Position numbers and translations under genes: made by a program
Assembly (NCBI GenBank): GCA_014237395.1
Contig: JABZFP010000028.1
Span: 585-64,584, forward strand
DNA: 64,000 nucleotides
Reading direction: 5' to 3'
Source of the DNA: Desulfobacteraceae bacterium
Lineage (GTDB): Bacteria; Desulfobacterota; Desulfobacteria; Desulfobacterales; UBA5852
Notes under the pieces: model-generated
Told to the model about the DNA's origin: nothing
Database searches by the model: none
Seen by the model: the letters and a program-made list of their open reading frames with translations, nothing else
Shown: piece by piece, positions 10,293 to 20,098 of the stretch
Numbering within the stretch: the stretch's first letter is position 1
Layout of the letters: each line of letters opens with the position of its first letter

Positions 10293-11360
10293 ATGGATTT
10301 AGCCGACAAATCACAGCCGATCCGTCCGGATGAGGGCTTTGACGAAAGCGCGCTGGAAGCCTTCCTAAAAGACAGCCTGCCGAATCTCAGCGGGCGATTG
10401 ATCGTCCACCAGTTTCCCAGCGGGTTCTCCAACCTCACGTACCACCTGCGCTTCGGCGGCCACGAATTCGTGATGCGTCGCCCCCCTTTCGGCACCAAGG
10501 CCAAGAGCGCGCATGACATGAAGCGCGAATATACCATCCTCAAGGCTTTGAAACCTTTTTACCCCTATTGCCCCGAGCCGTTGGCCTACACGGAAGACCC
10601 TTCGATACTGGGATGCCCTTTTTACGTCATGGAACGGTTGCGGGGGATCATTCTGCGCAAAAATCTTCCCGCGGGTCTCACCTTCACCCCGCATGAGATG
10701 CAGCAATTGTGCGAGACCCTGCTGGATGTCCTCGTTGAACTGCACCAGATTGACTATGACAAGGCCGGTCTGGGCGAACTGGGCCATCCCAAGGGCTATG
10801 TCCGCCGGCAGGTAGAAGGCTGGAGCAAACGCTACCGCGACGCCCGCACGGAGGATGCGCCGGACTTCGAAGCCGTCATGGGCTGGCTGGCCGCCGAGAT
10901 GCCTTCGGATACGCCATCGCCCACCATCATCCACAACGACTACCGATTCGACAACGTTGTGCTCGATGAAGCCGCGCCGCAGAAAATTATCGGGGTCCTG
11001 GACTGGGAGATGGCCACCGTGGGCGACCCCCTCATGGATCTGGGCAACACCCTGGCGTACTGGGTCCAGGCTGATGACCCGGAGGAATCCCAGTTGATGC
11101 GCCTCATGCCCACCCATCTTGAAGGCGCCCTGACACGTCGTGAACTGGTGAAACGCTATATGTCGAAAACCGGCCGCACGGCGGACGATTTTGCTTTTTA
11201 CAGTGCGTTCGGCCTTTTCCGATTAGCGGTCATCGCCCAGCAGATTTATTACCGCTACTACCACGGCCAGACCAAGGATGAACGCTTCAAAATGCTCATC
11301 TTCGGGGTGCACGTGCTCGAAAAAGCAGCCACGCGGGTCATGAACGAGGGGTTTTTCTAA
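10293..11360 (+). CDS. phosphotransferase family kinase (APH/ChoK-like; resembles LvaA and the kinase domain of ACAD10/11)
   Basis: 355 aa. Catalytic loop IIHNDYRFDNVVL and metal-binding VLDWEMATVGDPLMDLG. Confidence 0.8.
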   Translation: MDLADKSQPIRPDEGFDESALEAFLKDSLPNLSGRLIVHQFPSGFSNLTYHLRFGGHEFVMRRPPFGTKAKSAHDMKREYTILKALKPFYPYCPEPLAYTEDPSILGCPFYVMERLRGIILRKNLPAGLTFTPHEMQQLCETLLDVLVELHQIDYDKAGLGELGHPKGYVRRQVEGWSKRYRDARTEDAPDFEAVMGWLAAEMPSDTPSPTIIHNDYRFDNVVLDEAAPQKIIGVLDWEMATVGDPLMDLGNTLAYWVQADDPEESQLMRLMPTHLEGALTRRELVKRYMSKTGRTADDFAFYSAFGLFRLAVIAQQIYYRYYHGQTKDERFKMLIFGVHVLEKAATRVMNEGFF

Positions 11361-11687
11361 AACCGTTATTAGACACTGATGCACACGGATAAACACGGGT
11401 AAAGCTATTAGAAACAGCAAAAGAATTTTTCACCATGAAGGGCATGAAGAGCCTGAAGGGGTTAGGTCAAAACCGAAAAGACATTCACCACGAAGGACAC
11501 GAAGAGCGCGAAGGGATAAAAAAACAGCTAAAGCCTTTTTAATCATGAAGGGCATGAAGCGCCTGAAGAAAACAATTTTTTAATCTGTGTTCATCTGCGT
11601 TAATCTGTGTCCCCATTCTTTTCTTCGTGATCTTCGTGTGCTTCGTGGTGATCGCTTTGGATATTCGCTTCTTATAAGGGGGTCAAT
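11361..11687. repeat. HEG-box/DTD-box mosaic
   Basis: DTD+ (agacactgatgcacacggataaacacgg), three HEG+ copies, then DTD- (taatctgtgttcatctgcgttaatctgtgtcccc) and HEG- (cttcgtgatcttcgtgtgcttcgtggtg). Confidence 0.9.
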
Positions 11688-12749
11688 ATGAGTGATGTAT
11701 ACGAAAAACTGCGGCAGCGGCTCGATGACATGGCAACCGGCTATCCACCATCGGCAAACGGGGTGGAAATCAAGATCCTGAAGCGCCTCTTCTCCGAGGC
11801 TGACGCCGAAATGTTTCTGATGATGACGCCGCTGCTGGAAACCCCGGAGACGGTGGCCGAGCGTCTGCATCTCGATCCGGCCCAGACTGCCACCCATCTT
11901 GAGGACATGGCCTACCGGGGGCTGCTCTTTCGCCAGCGCAAGGCCGACCTGGTGCGCTATGCCACGATCCCGTTTGTGGTTGGCGTCTTCGAATTCCAGC
12001 TCAAAAAAGTCGACAAAGACCTGGCCAACGACCTGCAGGCTTACTACGAGGAGGCCTTGGGGAAAACTTTCGCCGCCTATAACACCGCCGTCATGCGAAC
12101 CATCCCAATCAATCGCCGGTTGGTGGAAGAATGGCCGGTAGCGCCCTACGAAGATGTGCTCAGCATTTTCGACCAGCAGAAAACCATCGCGGTGGCCCCC
12201 TGTATCTGCCGGACTACCCAGAAGAAGCTCGGCAAGGGCTGCGACAAACCCCTGGAGGCCTGTTTCCTGTTCGGTTCCCACGCCCAATACTATGTCGACA
12301 ACCACATGGGCCGATTTATCGACAAGGAGGAAGCGAAAGAACTTGTAAAAATAAACGAAGCCGCAGGCCTCGTGATGCAGCCGTTCAACTCCCAGCACGT
12401 GGGTGGCATGTGCAGCTGCTGCGGAGACTGCTGCGGCATTCTGCGGTCTCTTAAAAAGCAACCCGTGCCGGCCGCCGCTGTCAAAAGCAACTATTACGCC
12501 GTCGTGGAGGACGCCGACTGCATCGGCTGCGGCGACTGCATCGACCGCTGCCAGATGGATGCCGTTGCCATGCAGGACGACATCGCGCAGATCGATCTGG
12601 ATCGCTGCATCGGCTGCGGGCTTTGCGTTACCACCTGCCCGTCGGAAGCCCTGCACCTGGTGAAAAAATCCGACGACCAGCTCTACGAGCCCCCCGCCTC
12701 CGGCATGGAGACCTACATCCGCATCGCCCAGGAACGCGGAAAAATGTGA
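11688..12749 (+). CDS. 4Fe-4S dicluster domain protein
   Basis: 353 aa. Two ferredoxin motifs (CIGCGDCIDRCQ, CIGCGLCVTTCP) plus a Cys-rich stretch GGMCSCCGDCCG. Confidence 0.75.
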   Translation: MSDVYEKLRQRLDDMATGYPPSANGVEIKILKRLFSEADAEMFLMMTPLLETPETVAERLHLDPAQTATHLEDMAYRGLLFRQRKADLVRYATIPFVVGVFEFQLKKVDKDLANDLQAYYEEALGKTFAAYNTAVMRTIPINRRLVEEWPVAPYEDVLSIFDQQKTIAVAPCICRTTQKKLGKGCDKPLEACFLFGSHAQYYVDNHMGRFIDKEEAKELVKINEAAGLVMQPFNSQHVGGMCSCCGDCCGILRSLKKQPVPAAAVKSNYYAVVEDADCIGCGDCIDRCQMDAVAMQDDIAQIDLDRCIGCGLCVTTCPSEALHLVKKSDDQLYEPPASGMETYIRIAQERGKM

Positions 12750-13088
12750 TGGGACACTGATGGACACGGATGAACACAGATCAAGAAAATAATTACTACC
12801 ACGAAGGACATGAAGATCACGAAGTGGAAATCCTGTAGAAACGCTTTTTTACGATGAAACGCATTGAGATGATGTCGATTTATAAAAAATCTCTTTATGT
12901 GATGTGCTCGAATCCGTTTTGATCTGCGTTCCATTAGTTTTTCTTCGCAGTCTTCGTGTCCTTCGTGGTGAAGATAAACAGCTTTTGCCGTGGCATTCTC
13001 TGTTACAACTTTTTGGGTGATGTTTTAATCTGCGCGTATCTGCGTTCATCTGTGTTCCCATGAATTTTATATAACAAAAGGATAATAA
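12750..13088. repeat. HEG-box/DTD-box mosaic
   Basis: DTD+ directly after the stop (gggacactgatggacacggatgaacacagatc), HEG+, then DTD-, HEG- (cttcgcagtcttcgtgtccttcgtggtg), DTD- (atctgcgcgtatctgcgttcatctgtgttccc). Confidence 0.9.
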
Positions 13089-15221
13089 ATGTCTGACAAT
13101 CCCCTCCGGACCATCATGGCCCCACGCTCCATCGCCATCGTGGGGGCCAGCAACAACCCCACCAAGATGGGCACCATCCAGTACCTGAACCTTCGGCATA
13201 GCGGATTCCCCGGGCCGGTCTACCCCATCCATCCCAAAGAAAACCAGATTTTTGGGGTCGAAGCCTATCCGCAGATCGAGGATCTGCCGGAAGTCCCCGA
13301 TCTGGCCATGCTGGTGGTGCCCGGCCACCTGGTGGTGGATATGATCGAACGCTTCGGCGCGCTTGGCACCCGCCATGCCGTTATCATCACGGCCGGGTTC
13401 AAGGAGACCGGCCAGGATGGCGTGGCCCGCGAGGCGGCTCTCATGCAGGCCGCCCGGGCACATGGGTTGCACTTTCTTGGGCCCAACTGCATGGGTCTGG
13501 TCAATACCCACCTGCCCCTCAATGTAACGGCGGCCCCCCTGATTTCCCCGCCCGGCCACCTCAGCATCGTCTCTCAGAGCGGCACCTACATCACCCAGAC
13601 GCTCCAATACCTGCACGATCGTGGGGTGCGCCTGAACAAAGCGGTCAGTGTCGGCAACGAAGCCAGTATCGATGTGGTGGACGTTCTGGAATTCCTGGCG
13701 GAGGACCCCGAAACCAAGGCCATCGGCATGTACATCGAGTGCATTCGCCGTCCCGGTGATTTCCTTGCGGCGGCCCGGCGCATAACCCGACGCATTCCGA
13801 TTATCGCACAATATGTGGGTGGGACAGCCGCCGGCGCCCGTTCGGGATCCAGCCACACGGGCGCCCTGGCCGGTCCGGATGACATCTACGACGGCCTCTT
13901 CAAACAGGCCGGCATCATACGGGCCCAATCCATCGAAGACGTCTACCGGATCGGGCAAGCGCTGTCCAGCCAACCCCTGCCGGCCGGCAAGCGAGTGGCC
14001 ATCCTGACCAACTCCGGCGGCCCGGGCACGGCCATGGCCGACACCCTGGACCGCATGGGCATGGAAGTGCCGGCCTTCAGTGCCGCCCTGCAGGAAAAAC
14101 TGCAGGCCCTCCTGCCGGGCCACGCCAGCACGGCCAATCCGGTCGACCTGACCTTCCATGTCGACATGACCCTGATGGCCGAGACCCTACCGGAAGCGCT
14201 CCTGTCGTCAAAAGAGGTCGATGCCCTGCTGATTCACGGCATCATGGACACAGGCTGGGCCGATCTGGCCTATCCGGTCTTCAAGGATATCTTCAAAATG
14301 AGCCGGGAAGACTTTCGCAATAGCCTGAACGCCAATATCGAGGATCTTCTCGACATGCCGTCGCGCTTTCAGAAACCGGTGATCATCTCATCTTTTTTCG
14401 GACGCCAAGATCGAGCGGCTCGTCGTCTCCAGGACGGCGGCATCCCGGTTTTCGACAGCCCCGAAAAGGCCGCCGCCGCCATGGCAACCCTCCATACCTA
14501 TCGCACTATCCGATCCAAAGCAGTAACATCCACGGTGGTGCATCGCCCTGCGCCGAAAACAGCCCAAACAATTATAGATCGCGCCCGGATCGACGGCTGG
14601 AATGAATACGATGCCAAGGAAATGCTGCGGACCTATGGCGTGCCCACCTGCCATGAAATCCTGGCCGAATCGATCGAGGCCGCACGGCAAGCCGCCCACA
14701 CCATCGGGTTTCCCGTTGCGGTCAAAGGCTGCCATGCGACCCTGGCCCATAAGACCGAGCGGGGTCTCGTCCATCTGGACCTGGCCTCCGAAGCCGCGGT
14801 CACGGCGGCCTGTGAATCCATCCAAAATGAAGCCGGAGAAGCGGCCTTCCTTGTGTGCGAAATGGTTCGCGGCAAACGGGAATTCATTGCCGGCGTCCAT
14901 CGCCACCCCGGGTTCCCGCCATCGGTGCTATTCGGTTTAGGCGGTATCTTTGCCGAAGCGCTCCAGGATACGGCCATCCGACTGGCGCCCTTGACCCCAT
15001 CGGAAGCCCTGGAGCAGATCGCCGCTATCCGCTCGCAGGCGCTGCTTGACGCACACCGTGGCCTGCCGACCGTGGACCGCAAGGCCCTTGCGGATATCCT
15101 GGTCAACATCGGTCAACTGGCGTTGGATTTCCCGCAAATCGAATCGATCGACCTGAATCCCATTCTCATCCGGGATGATCAGCCGCTGGTGGTCGATGCG
15201 CTGTTTGAACAAAAGAAATAG
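13089..15221 (+). CDS. ADP(NDP)-forming acyl-/acetyl-CoA synthetase, fused alpha-beta
   Basis: 710 aa. N-terminal CoA-binding domain (SIAIVGASNNPTKMG), succinyl-CoA-synthetase-like ligase domain (SQSGTY, SGSSHTGALAG) and C-terminal ATP-grasp. Confidence 0.85.
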   Translation: MSDNPLRTIMAPRSIAIVGASNNPTKMGTIQYLNLRHSGFPGPVYPIHPKENQIFGVEAYPQIEDLPEVPDLAMLVVPGHLVVDMIERFGALGTRHAVIITAGFKETGQDGVAREAALMQAARAHGLHFLGPNCMGLVNTHLPLNVTAAPLISPPGHLSIVSQSGTYITQTLQYLHDRGVRLNKAVSVGNEASIDVVDVLEFLAEDPETKAIGMYIECIRRPGDFLAAARRITRRIPIIAQYVGGTAAGARSGSSHTGALAGPDDIYDGLFKQAGIIRAQSIEDVYRIGQALSSQPLPAGKRVAILTNSGGPGTAMADTLDRMGMEVPAFSAALQEKLQALLPGHASTANPVDLTFHVDMTLMAETLPEALLSSKEVDALLIHGIMDTGWADLAYPVFKDIFKMSREDFRNSLNANIEDLLDMPSRFQKPVIISSFFGRQDRAARRLQDGGIPVFDSPEKAAAAMATLHTYRTIRSKAVTSTVVHRPAPKTAQTIIDRARIDGWNEYDAKEMLRTYGVPTCHEILAESIEAARQAAHTIGFPVAVKGCHATLAHKTERGLVHLDLASEAAVTAACESIQNEAGEAAFLVCEMVRGKREFIAGVHRHPGFPPSVLFGLGGIFAEALQDTAIRLAPLTPSEALEQIAAIRSQALLDAHRGLPTVDRKALADILVNIGQLALDFPQIESIDLNPILIRDDQPLVVDALFEQKK

Positions 15222-15250
15222 GACACAGATGAACACTGATGACACAGATC
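15221..15250 (+). repeat. DTD-box (+)
   Basis: ggacacagatgaacactgatgacacagatc; the first G is the last base of the acyl-CoA synthetase TAG stop. Confidence 0.9.
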
Positions 15251-15288
15251 GAAGGGGTCAGTAAAAACCCACATCAGGAGATCACAGC

Positions 15289-15669
15289 GTGGCATATAAG
15301 CATGAAGAATTGACGCGCCATATTATTGAACTCTTCTATAAAGTCTATAACTCGCTGGGCTATGGCTTTTTAGAGAAAGTATACGAAAATGCGCTCGCGA
15401 TAGAATTCAAAAATTCAGGCTTGGATGCCAAACCGCAAGCACCTATTAAAGTCGTATACAACCGGCAAATCGTTGGTGAATATTATATCGATCTTCTGGT
15501 CGAAGATTGCGTCATCGTCGAAATCAAGGCCGTTAAATCCCTGTTGAAAGAGCATGAAGCACAGTTGCTCAACTATTTGAAAGCATCAAGAATGGAAGTG
15601 GGGCTCCTATTAAATTTTGGACCAAAACCCCAAATTTCCCGAAAAATATTCGATAACCATAGAAAGTAA
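15289..15669 (+). CDS. GxxExxY family protein (PD-(D/E)XK nuclease-like)
   Basis: 126 aa with a GTG start. Motifs GYGFLEKVYENAL (GxxExxY) and DLLVEDCVIVEIKAV. Bracketed by inverted DTD-box repeats. Confidence 0.8.
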   Translation: MAYKHEELTRHIIELFYKVYNSLGYGFLEKVYENALAIEFKNSGLDAKPQAPIKVVYNRQIVGEYYIDLLVEDCVIVEIKAVKSLLKEHEAQLLNYLKASRMEVGLLLNFGPKPQISRKIFDNHRK

Positions 15670-15688
15670 ATACTGTCGACGGCTCATA

Positions 15689-15722
15689 CTTATCTGTGTT
15701 TATCTGTGTTCATCTGTGTCCC
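15689..15722 (-). repeat. DTD-box (-)
   Basis: cttatctgtgtttatctgtgttcatctgtgtccc; the reverse complement gggacacagatgaacacagataaacacagataag encodes the rarD C-terminus and stop. Confidence 0.9.
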
Positions 15723-16640
15723 ATATCTCGATTTCAAAACGCGGCGATGGGAAATGACGGAATCGTAGGAATAAATCGCGAGTGCCGTCCAGATCAGGCC
15801 GAAGGTCAGCAGCTGGGTCGGCAGGAGCGGTTCGTGGTAAACGAAGACCGCCAGAAGGAAAGTGCAACTGGGGGCGGTGTACTGCAGGAATCCGACCGTG
15901 GCCAGTCGCAGCAATTTGGCCCCCATGGTGAAGAGAAGCAGGGGCAGGCCGGTCACCAGAGCGGCCCCCATCAGCATGAGGGAAATTGTTGTTCCGTCAT
16001 GCAAGAATGCGCCGCGGCCGGCGTGATCAAGATAGAGCAAGTAGGCCGTGGCCGGGATTGAAAGCAGGAGCGTTTCCACGGTCAGCCCCACCAGCGGGCC
16101 AACCGAGGCAACCTTCCGGATCAGGCCGTAGAAGCCGAAACTGAACGCCAATGCCAACGCGACCCAGGGGAACTGGCCATAGCTCAGCGTCAGATAGGTG
16201 ACGCCCGCCGCCGCCAGACCGACGGCCACAAGCTGGAGTCTGCGGAGACGCTCCTTGAGAAAAACAAACCCCAACAGCACGTTGACAAGGGGGGCAATAT
16301 AATACCCCAGACTGGCCTGCAGAATATGATCGCTGTTGATGGCCCAAATATATAGAAACCAGTTGATGCTCACGATCAGCGTGGTGAGGAGTAGAATCAA
16401 CAGCGTACGGCCGGATGTCAGTGCGCCGATCAGGTCCTTCAGATGGCCCTGAAGCAGAACGATAGGGGCCAGAAAAACAAAAGACCAGATCATGCGGTGC
16501 ATCAGGACTTCAAAGGCCGGTACGCTGGCCAGGGCTTTCCAGTAAACCGGGCTCAGCCCCCAGATGAGAAACGCGGATGCCGCCAATGCGATCCCCTGGG
16601 GAGAATCGGATGCATCGGTTGCCTGTGTTTGCCTGGGCAT
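15690..16640 (-). CDS. rarD: EamA/RarD family permease
   Basis: 316 aa, about 10 TM helices, with a GIALAASAFLIWGLSPVYWK N-terminal region typical of RarD. The last 10 codons GTQMNTDKHR and the stop lie in a DTD-box repeat. Confidence 0.75.
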   Translation of the reverse strand: MPRQTQATDASDSPQGIALAASAFLIWGLSPVYWKALASVPAFEVLMHRMIWSFVFLAPIVLLQGHLKDLIGALTSGRTLLILLLTTLIVSINWFLYIWAINSDHILQASLGYYIAPLVNVLLGFVFLKERLRRLQLVAVGLAAAGVTYLTLSYGQFPWVALALAFSFGFYGLIRKVASVGPLVGLTVETLLLSIPATAYLLYLDHAGRGAFLHDGTTISLMLMGAALVTGLPLLLFTMGAKLLRLATVGFLQYTAPSCTFLLAVFVYHEPLLPTQLLTFGLIWTALAIYSYDSVISHRRVLKSRYGTQMNTDKHR

Positions 16641-16718
16641 TGTTAGAAGTCCCTGGAGAACTTTGAAGTATAGGAGGCTGTTGTCCTCAACCCGTCAAGT
16701 CGGGCACCTTAAGCAAAA

Positions 16719-17366
16719 ATGGACCGCATGTCAAAAACAATAGACGGACAAACCATTGGCGCTATCCTCTTCGATCTCGGCAATGTCCTGATCGACATCG
16801 ATTTTTACCGTTGTGCCCGCCTCTGGAGCGATCACGCCGGCATCCCCGCCCACGTTCTGGCATCGCGGTTCTGCATCGATGATGCCTACAAGGCATTCGA
16901 GTGTGGTAAACTTGACGCCCGCGCATTTTATGAGGCCTTACGCAGGCAACTTGAGATCAGCCTGCCGGATGACATCATGCGTGAGGGATGGAATGCCATT
17001 ATCCGTGATGAAAAACCCGGTATTCGCGACTGCCTGGAACAATTGGCCCGCCGATACCCGCTGTATGTCCTGACCAACACCAACCCGGAACACGAGAACA
17101 TATGGGCCGAAAAGCACCAGGATCTTTTGTCGTATTTTGAGAAAATTTTTATTTCTTCCCACATGGGATGTCGCAAACCGGATATCGCCGCTTATCTCAA
17201 CGTGAGTCAAACCATCGGCCTGCCCTGCCCGCGAATCCTGTTCTTTGATGATGCCGACGAGAATGTCGAAGGCGCCCGCAAGGCCGGGATGCAGGCCATC
17301 CGGGTGGACCAGGACGACACCATTTCGCAATGCATCCGTCCTATCCTTTCCAGCCCCAGGAAATGA
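16719..17366 (+). CDS. HAD superfamily hydrolase (subfamily IA)
   Basis: 215 aa. Motif I FDLGNVL, later LTNTN and a FFDDADENVEGA motif IV. The start could be 16728 (MSKTIDG). Confidence 0.8.
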   Translation: MDRMSKTIDGQTIGAILFDLGNVLIDIDFYRCARLWSDHAGIPAHVLASRFCIDDAYKAFECGKLDARAFYEALRRQLEISLPDDIMREGWNAIIRDEKPGIRDCLEQLARRYPLYVLTNTNPEHENIWAEKHQDLLSYFEKIFISSHMGCRKPDIAAYLNVSQTIGLPCPRILFFDDADENVEGARKAGMQAIRVDQDDTISQCIRPILSSPRK

Positions 17367-17652
17367 CACCCGCACTCAGGCCCCGATGCATCTCCGTCAA
17401 TTACAATTTGGGATTTCATACGGTTAAAAGGCAGGATTTAAGCCGGATTTCCTGGCGAAGCGCTTGCATATACGACGCATCGTGTTTTATTTTAAAGGTT
17501 AACATTCCATTAATAGTTCTATTTGCCAGAACCGAACCCATGCACAGAAAATCCTGCCACAGGCAAGAACAGTCGCAGGCCGGCCCGTCACCCCCCTGAC
17601 GCATGAAGAATATTGCGTTCTTCACGGTCATAACCCGAAGGAGGTCGTCACG

Positions 17653-18468
17653 ATGTGGCAATGGTTTTCCAATTTGAACCCGATCTGGCAAGCCTTTTAC
17701 GCGACCATGTTTACCTGGTTTCTCACGGCCATGGGCGCCGGCGTGGTCCTGTTTTTCCGCACGATCAATCGCAAGCTGCTTGATGCCATGCTGGGGTTTG
17801 CAGCCGGGGTCATGATCGCCGCAAGCTACTGGTCGCTGCTGGCACCAGCCATCGAAATGGCCGAGGAATTCGGCAACGTCCCTTCCTGGGTCCCGGCCAC
17901 GGTTGGTTTTTTAGCCGGCGGCCTGTTTCTGTGGGGTGTCGACAAAATATTGCCCCATCTCCATCTGGGGTTCCCGAATGAAGAGGCCGAAGGCATTAAA
18001 ACCAGCTGGCAACGCAGCGTTTTGCTGGTGCTGGCCATTACCCTGCACAATTTTCCGGAAGGCCTGGCCGTCGGCGTGGCCTTCGGCGCGTTAGCCGCCG
18101 ATCTGCCATCGGCGACCTTTGCCGGCGCCGTGGCGCTGGCCATCGGTATCGGCATCCAGAACTTCCCGGAGGGGGCCGCCGTTTCCGTTCCCCTGCGTCG
18201 GGAAGGATTCTCGCGGCTTAAAAGTTTCTGGTACGGTCAACTGTCCGGTTCGGTGGAACCGATTGCCGGTGTGATCGGCGCGGCCTCGGTTTTCTATATG
18301 CGCCCGATTCTGCCCTATGCCCTGTCCTTTGCCGCCGGCGCCATGATCTACGTGGTGGTGGAGGAACTCATCCCGGAATCCCAATTGGAAAAAAATACGG
18401 ATGCCGCCACGATGGGGGCGATGTGCGGATTTGCGGTGATGATGACGTTAGACGTCGCTCTCGGCTGA
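17653..18468 (+). CDS. ZIP family divalent metal transporter
   Basis: 271 aa, multi-TM. Motifs [10 protein letters not shown] and [10 protein letters not shown]. Strong RBS gaaggagg. Confidence 0.85.
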   Translation: MWQWFSNLNPIWQAFYATMFTWFLTAMGAGVVLFFRTINRKLLDAMLGFAAGVMIAASYWSLLAPAIEMAEEFGNVPSWVPATVGFLAGGLFLWGVDKILPHLHLGFPNEEAEGIKTSWQRSVLLVLAITLHNFPEGLAVGVAFGALAADLPSATFAGAVALAIGIGIQNFPEGAAVSVPLRREGFSRLKSFWYGQLSGSVEPIAGVIGAASVFYMRPILPYALSFAAGAMIYVVVEELIPESQLEKNTDAATMGAMCGFAVMMTLDVALG

Positions 18469-18480
18469 TGCCCACCCAGA

Positions 18481-18637
18481 AATGGCATCTTTCGGCCCAA
18501 GCCTGCGTTCTCGCTCTTTTGAAATCCTCGACGTAGCAAACCAACGCCTGCGGTTTCCACCCACGGGGTGAATTGGATCAGGTGGGAAGTCCCGCAAAGC
18601 GGGAAAAATCGCTGCGGCCTTGGCCTGAACCAAAACT
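18481..18637 (+). repeat. TCCTCGACGTAGC-family repeat (copy with internal insertion)
   Basis: aatggcatctttcggcccaagcctgcgttctcgc...tcctcgacgtagcaaaccaacgcctgcgg...ctgcggccttggcctgaaccaaaac. Confidence 0.7.
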
Positions 18638-18671
18638 TACCATTTCTGGATAGACATGTAGTCGTGTCCAA

Positions 18672-18785
18672 AAAGGCATCTTTGGCCCTTGGACGGCGTT
18701 CTCAGTGTTTGGCGGTCCTCGACGTAGCCAATGCTACGCCTCCGGGCGCCAAAGCACCTGCGGCCTTGTCCAAAAACCAAATCTA
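18672..18785 (+). repeat. TCCTCGACGTAGC-family repeat
   Basis: aaaggcatctttggcccttggacggcgttctcag...tcctcgacgtagccaatgctacgcctccggg...ctgcggccttgtccaaaaaccaaatc. A further 5' fragment atggcatctttcggcccaaac lies at 18841-18865. Confidence 0.7.
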
Positions 18786-18933
18786 CCCCATGGAATACCG
18801 ACACGCTTTTTTTGGAACCCCAAAGAAATACTTGTGACAGATGGCATCTTTCGGCCCAAACATGGCCCCGGTAAGCTGAAACAGGGAGCTTCTCCTGAAT
18901 CTTTAATTTTGAGGTCACAAGCGGCATCCTTCT

Positions 18934-18967
18934 TTGATCTGTGGAAATCTGTGTTAATCTGTGTCCC
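18934..18967 (-). repeat. DTD-box (-)
   Basis: ttgatctgtggaaatctgtgttaatctgtgtccc, 55 nt upstream of the Gfo/Idh/MocA gene. Confidence 0.85.
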
Positions 18968-19022
18968 ATCGTTGTTTCGGTTTTGTTTTTTCTATTCAGC
19001 ACCATGATCGGAGGGCACTGTT

Positions 19023-20066
19023 ATGACAAACACGACCATTCGCGTCGGCATCGTCGGGGCTGGCGGCAACACCAAAGCCAAACATATTCCCGGCCTGCAG
19101 GCTATCGAAAAAGTTGAAATTACCGGTGTTTGCAACCGCAGCAGGACATCGTCCGAAGCGGTCGCTGCCGAGGTTGGCATTCCCCGCGTCTTCGATGATT
19201 GGCGCAAACTCGTTCAAGATCCGGACATCGATGCCGTGGTCATCGGCACCTGGCCCTATATGCACGGCCCCGTCAGCATCGCTGCCCTCGAGGCCGGCAA
19301 GCACGTTCTCTGTGAAGCCCGCATGGCCATGAACGCCCGCGAAGCCCATGACATGCTCCACGCGGCCCGGTCCCGGCCGCACCTGGTCGCCCAAGTCGTG
19401 CCCTCGCCCTTTTCGCTGAAAGTCGATCGCACCATACAGCGTCTGCTGGCCGAGGGTTTTATCGGGAATCTACTGGCAATCGATGTTCAGGACCGCGGCG
19501 GTTTTCTGGATATAGATGGTCCTATCTCCTGGCGACAGGACATCCAGTTGAGCGGCATGAATGTCATGATGCTGGGCATCTGGTACGAAGCCGTCATGCG
19601 ATGGGTTGGCGAAGCGATCCGCGTCATGGCCATGGGCAAAACCTTTGTAAAACAACGCAAGGATACAGAAGAAAAGCGACAGCAGGCGGTTCTGATACCT
19701 GAGCATGTCAACGTCCTCGCCGACATGGCCTGTGGCGCCCAGGCCCACTTTTGTTCGACCCGTGTGGCCGGTCTTGCCGGCCCGAGCGGCTGCCATCTCT
19801 ACGGTTCCGACGGAACACTGCGATTCGAAGACGGGAGGCTCTTCGGCGGACGCCGTGACGCCGCCCAGTTGACTGAAATCGCCATCCCTGCGACCGAAGA
19901 AGGGCGGTGGCGTGTTGAAGAAGAATTTGTCAACGCGATCCGTGGTATAGAGCCTGTATGCCTGACCACCTTTGAAGACGGCGTCCGCTATATGGAATTC
20001 ACCGAGGCCGTATCCCGCAGCCGGCAGACCGGGATGGCGATACCGTTACCACTTATTACACCGTAG
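19023..20066 (+). CDS. Gfo/Idh/MocA family oxidoreductase
   Basis: 347 aa. N-terminal Rossmann IRVGIVGAGGNTKAKHIPG and an EARMA motif. Confidence 0.8.
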   Translation: MTNTTIRVGIVGAGGNTKAKHIPGLQAIEKVEITGVCNRSRTSSEAVAAEVGIPRVFDDWRKLVQDPDIDAVVIGTWPYMHGPVSIAALEAGKHVLCEARMAMNAREAHDMLHAARSRPHLVAQVVPSPFSLKVDRTIQRLLAEGFIGNLLAIDVQDRGGFLDIDGPISWRQDIQLSGMNVMMLGIWYEAVMRWVGEAIRVMAMGKTFVKQRKDTEEKRQQAVLIPEHVNVLADMACGAQAHFCSTRVAGLAGPSGCHLYGSDGTLRFEDGRLFGGRRDAAQLTEIAIPATEEGRWRVEEEFVNAIRGIEPVCLTTFEDGVRYMEFTEAVSRSRQTGMAIPLPLITP

Positions 20067-20098
20067 TATCGAGGATCAATCCCCCAGGAGACACAATT

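Noticed and set aside
17367-17652. Searched the ZIP transporter leader for a Zur/Fur-type box or riboswitch.
   Set aside because: No convincing AT-rich inverted repeat resembling known Zur boxes. Only small hairpins (gaagaatattgcgttcttc) are present, which is insufficient evidence.
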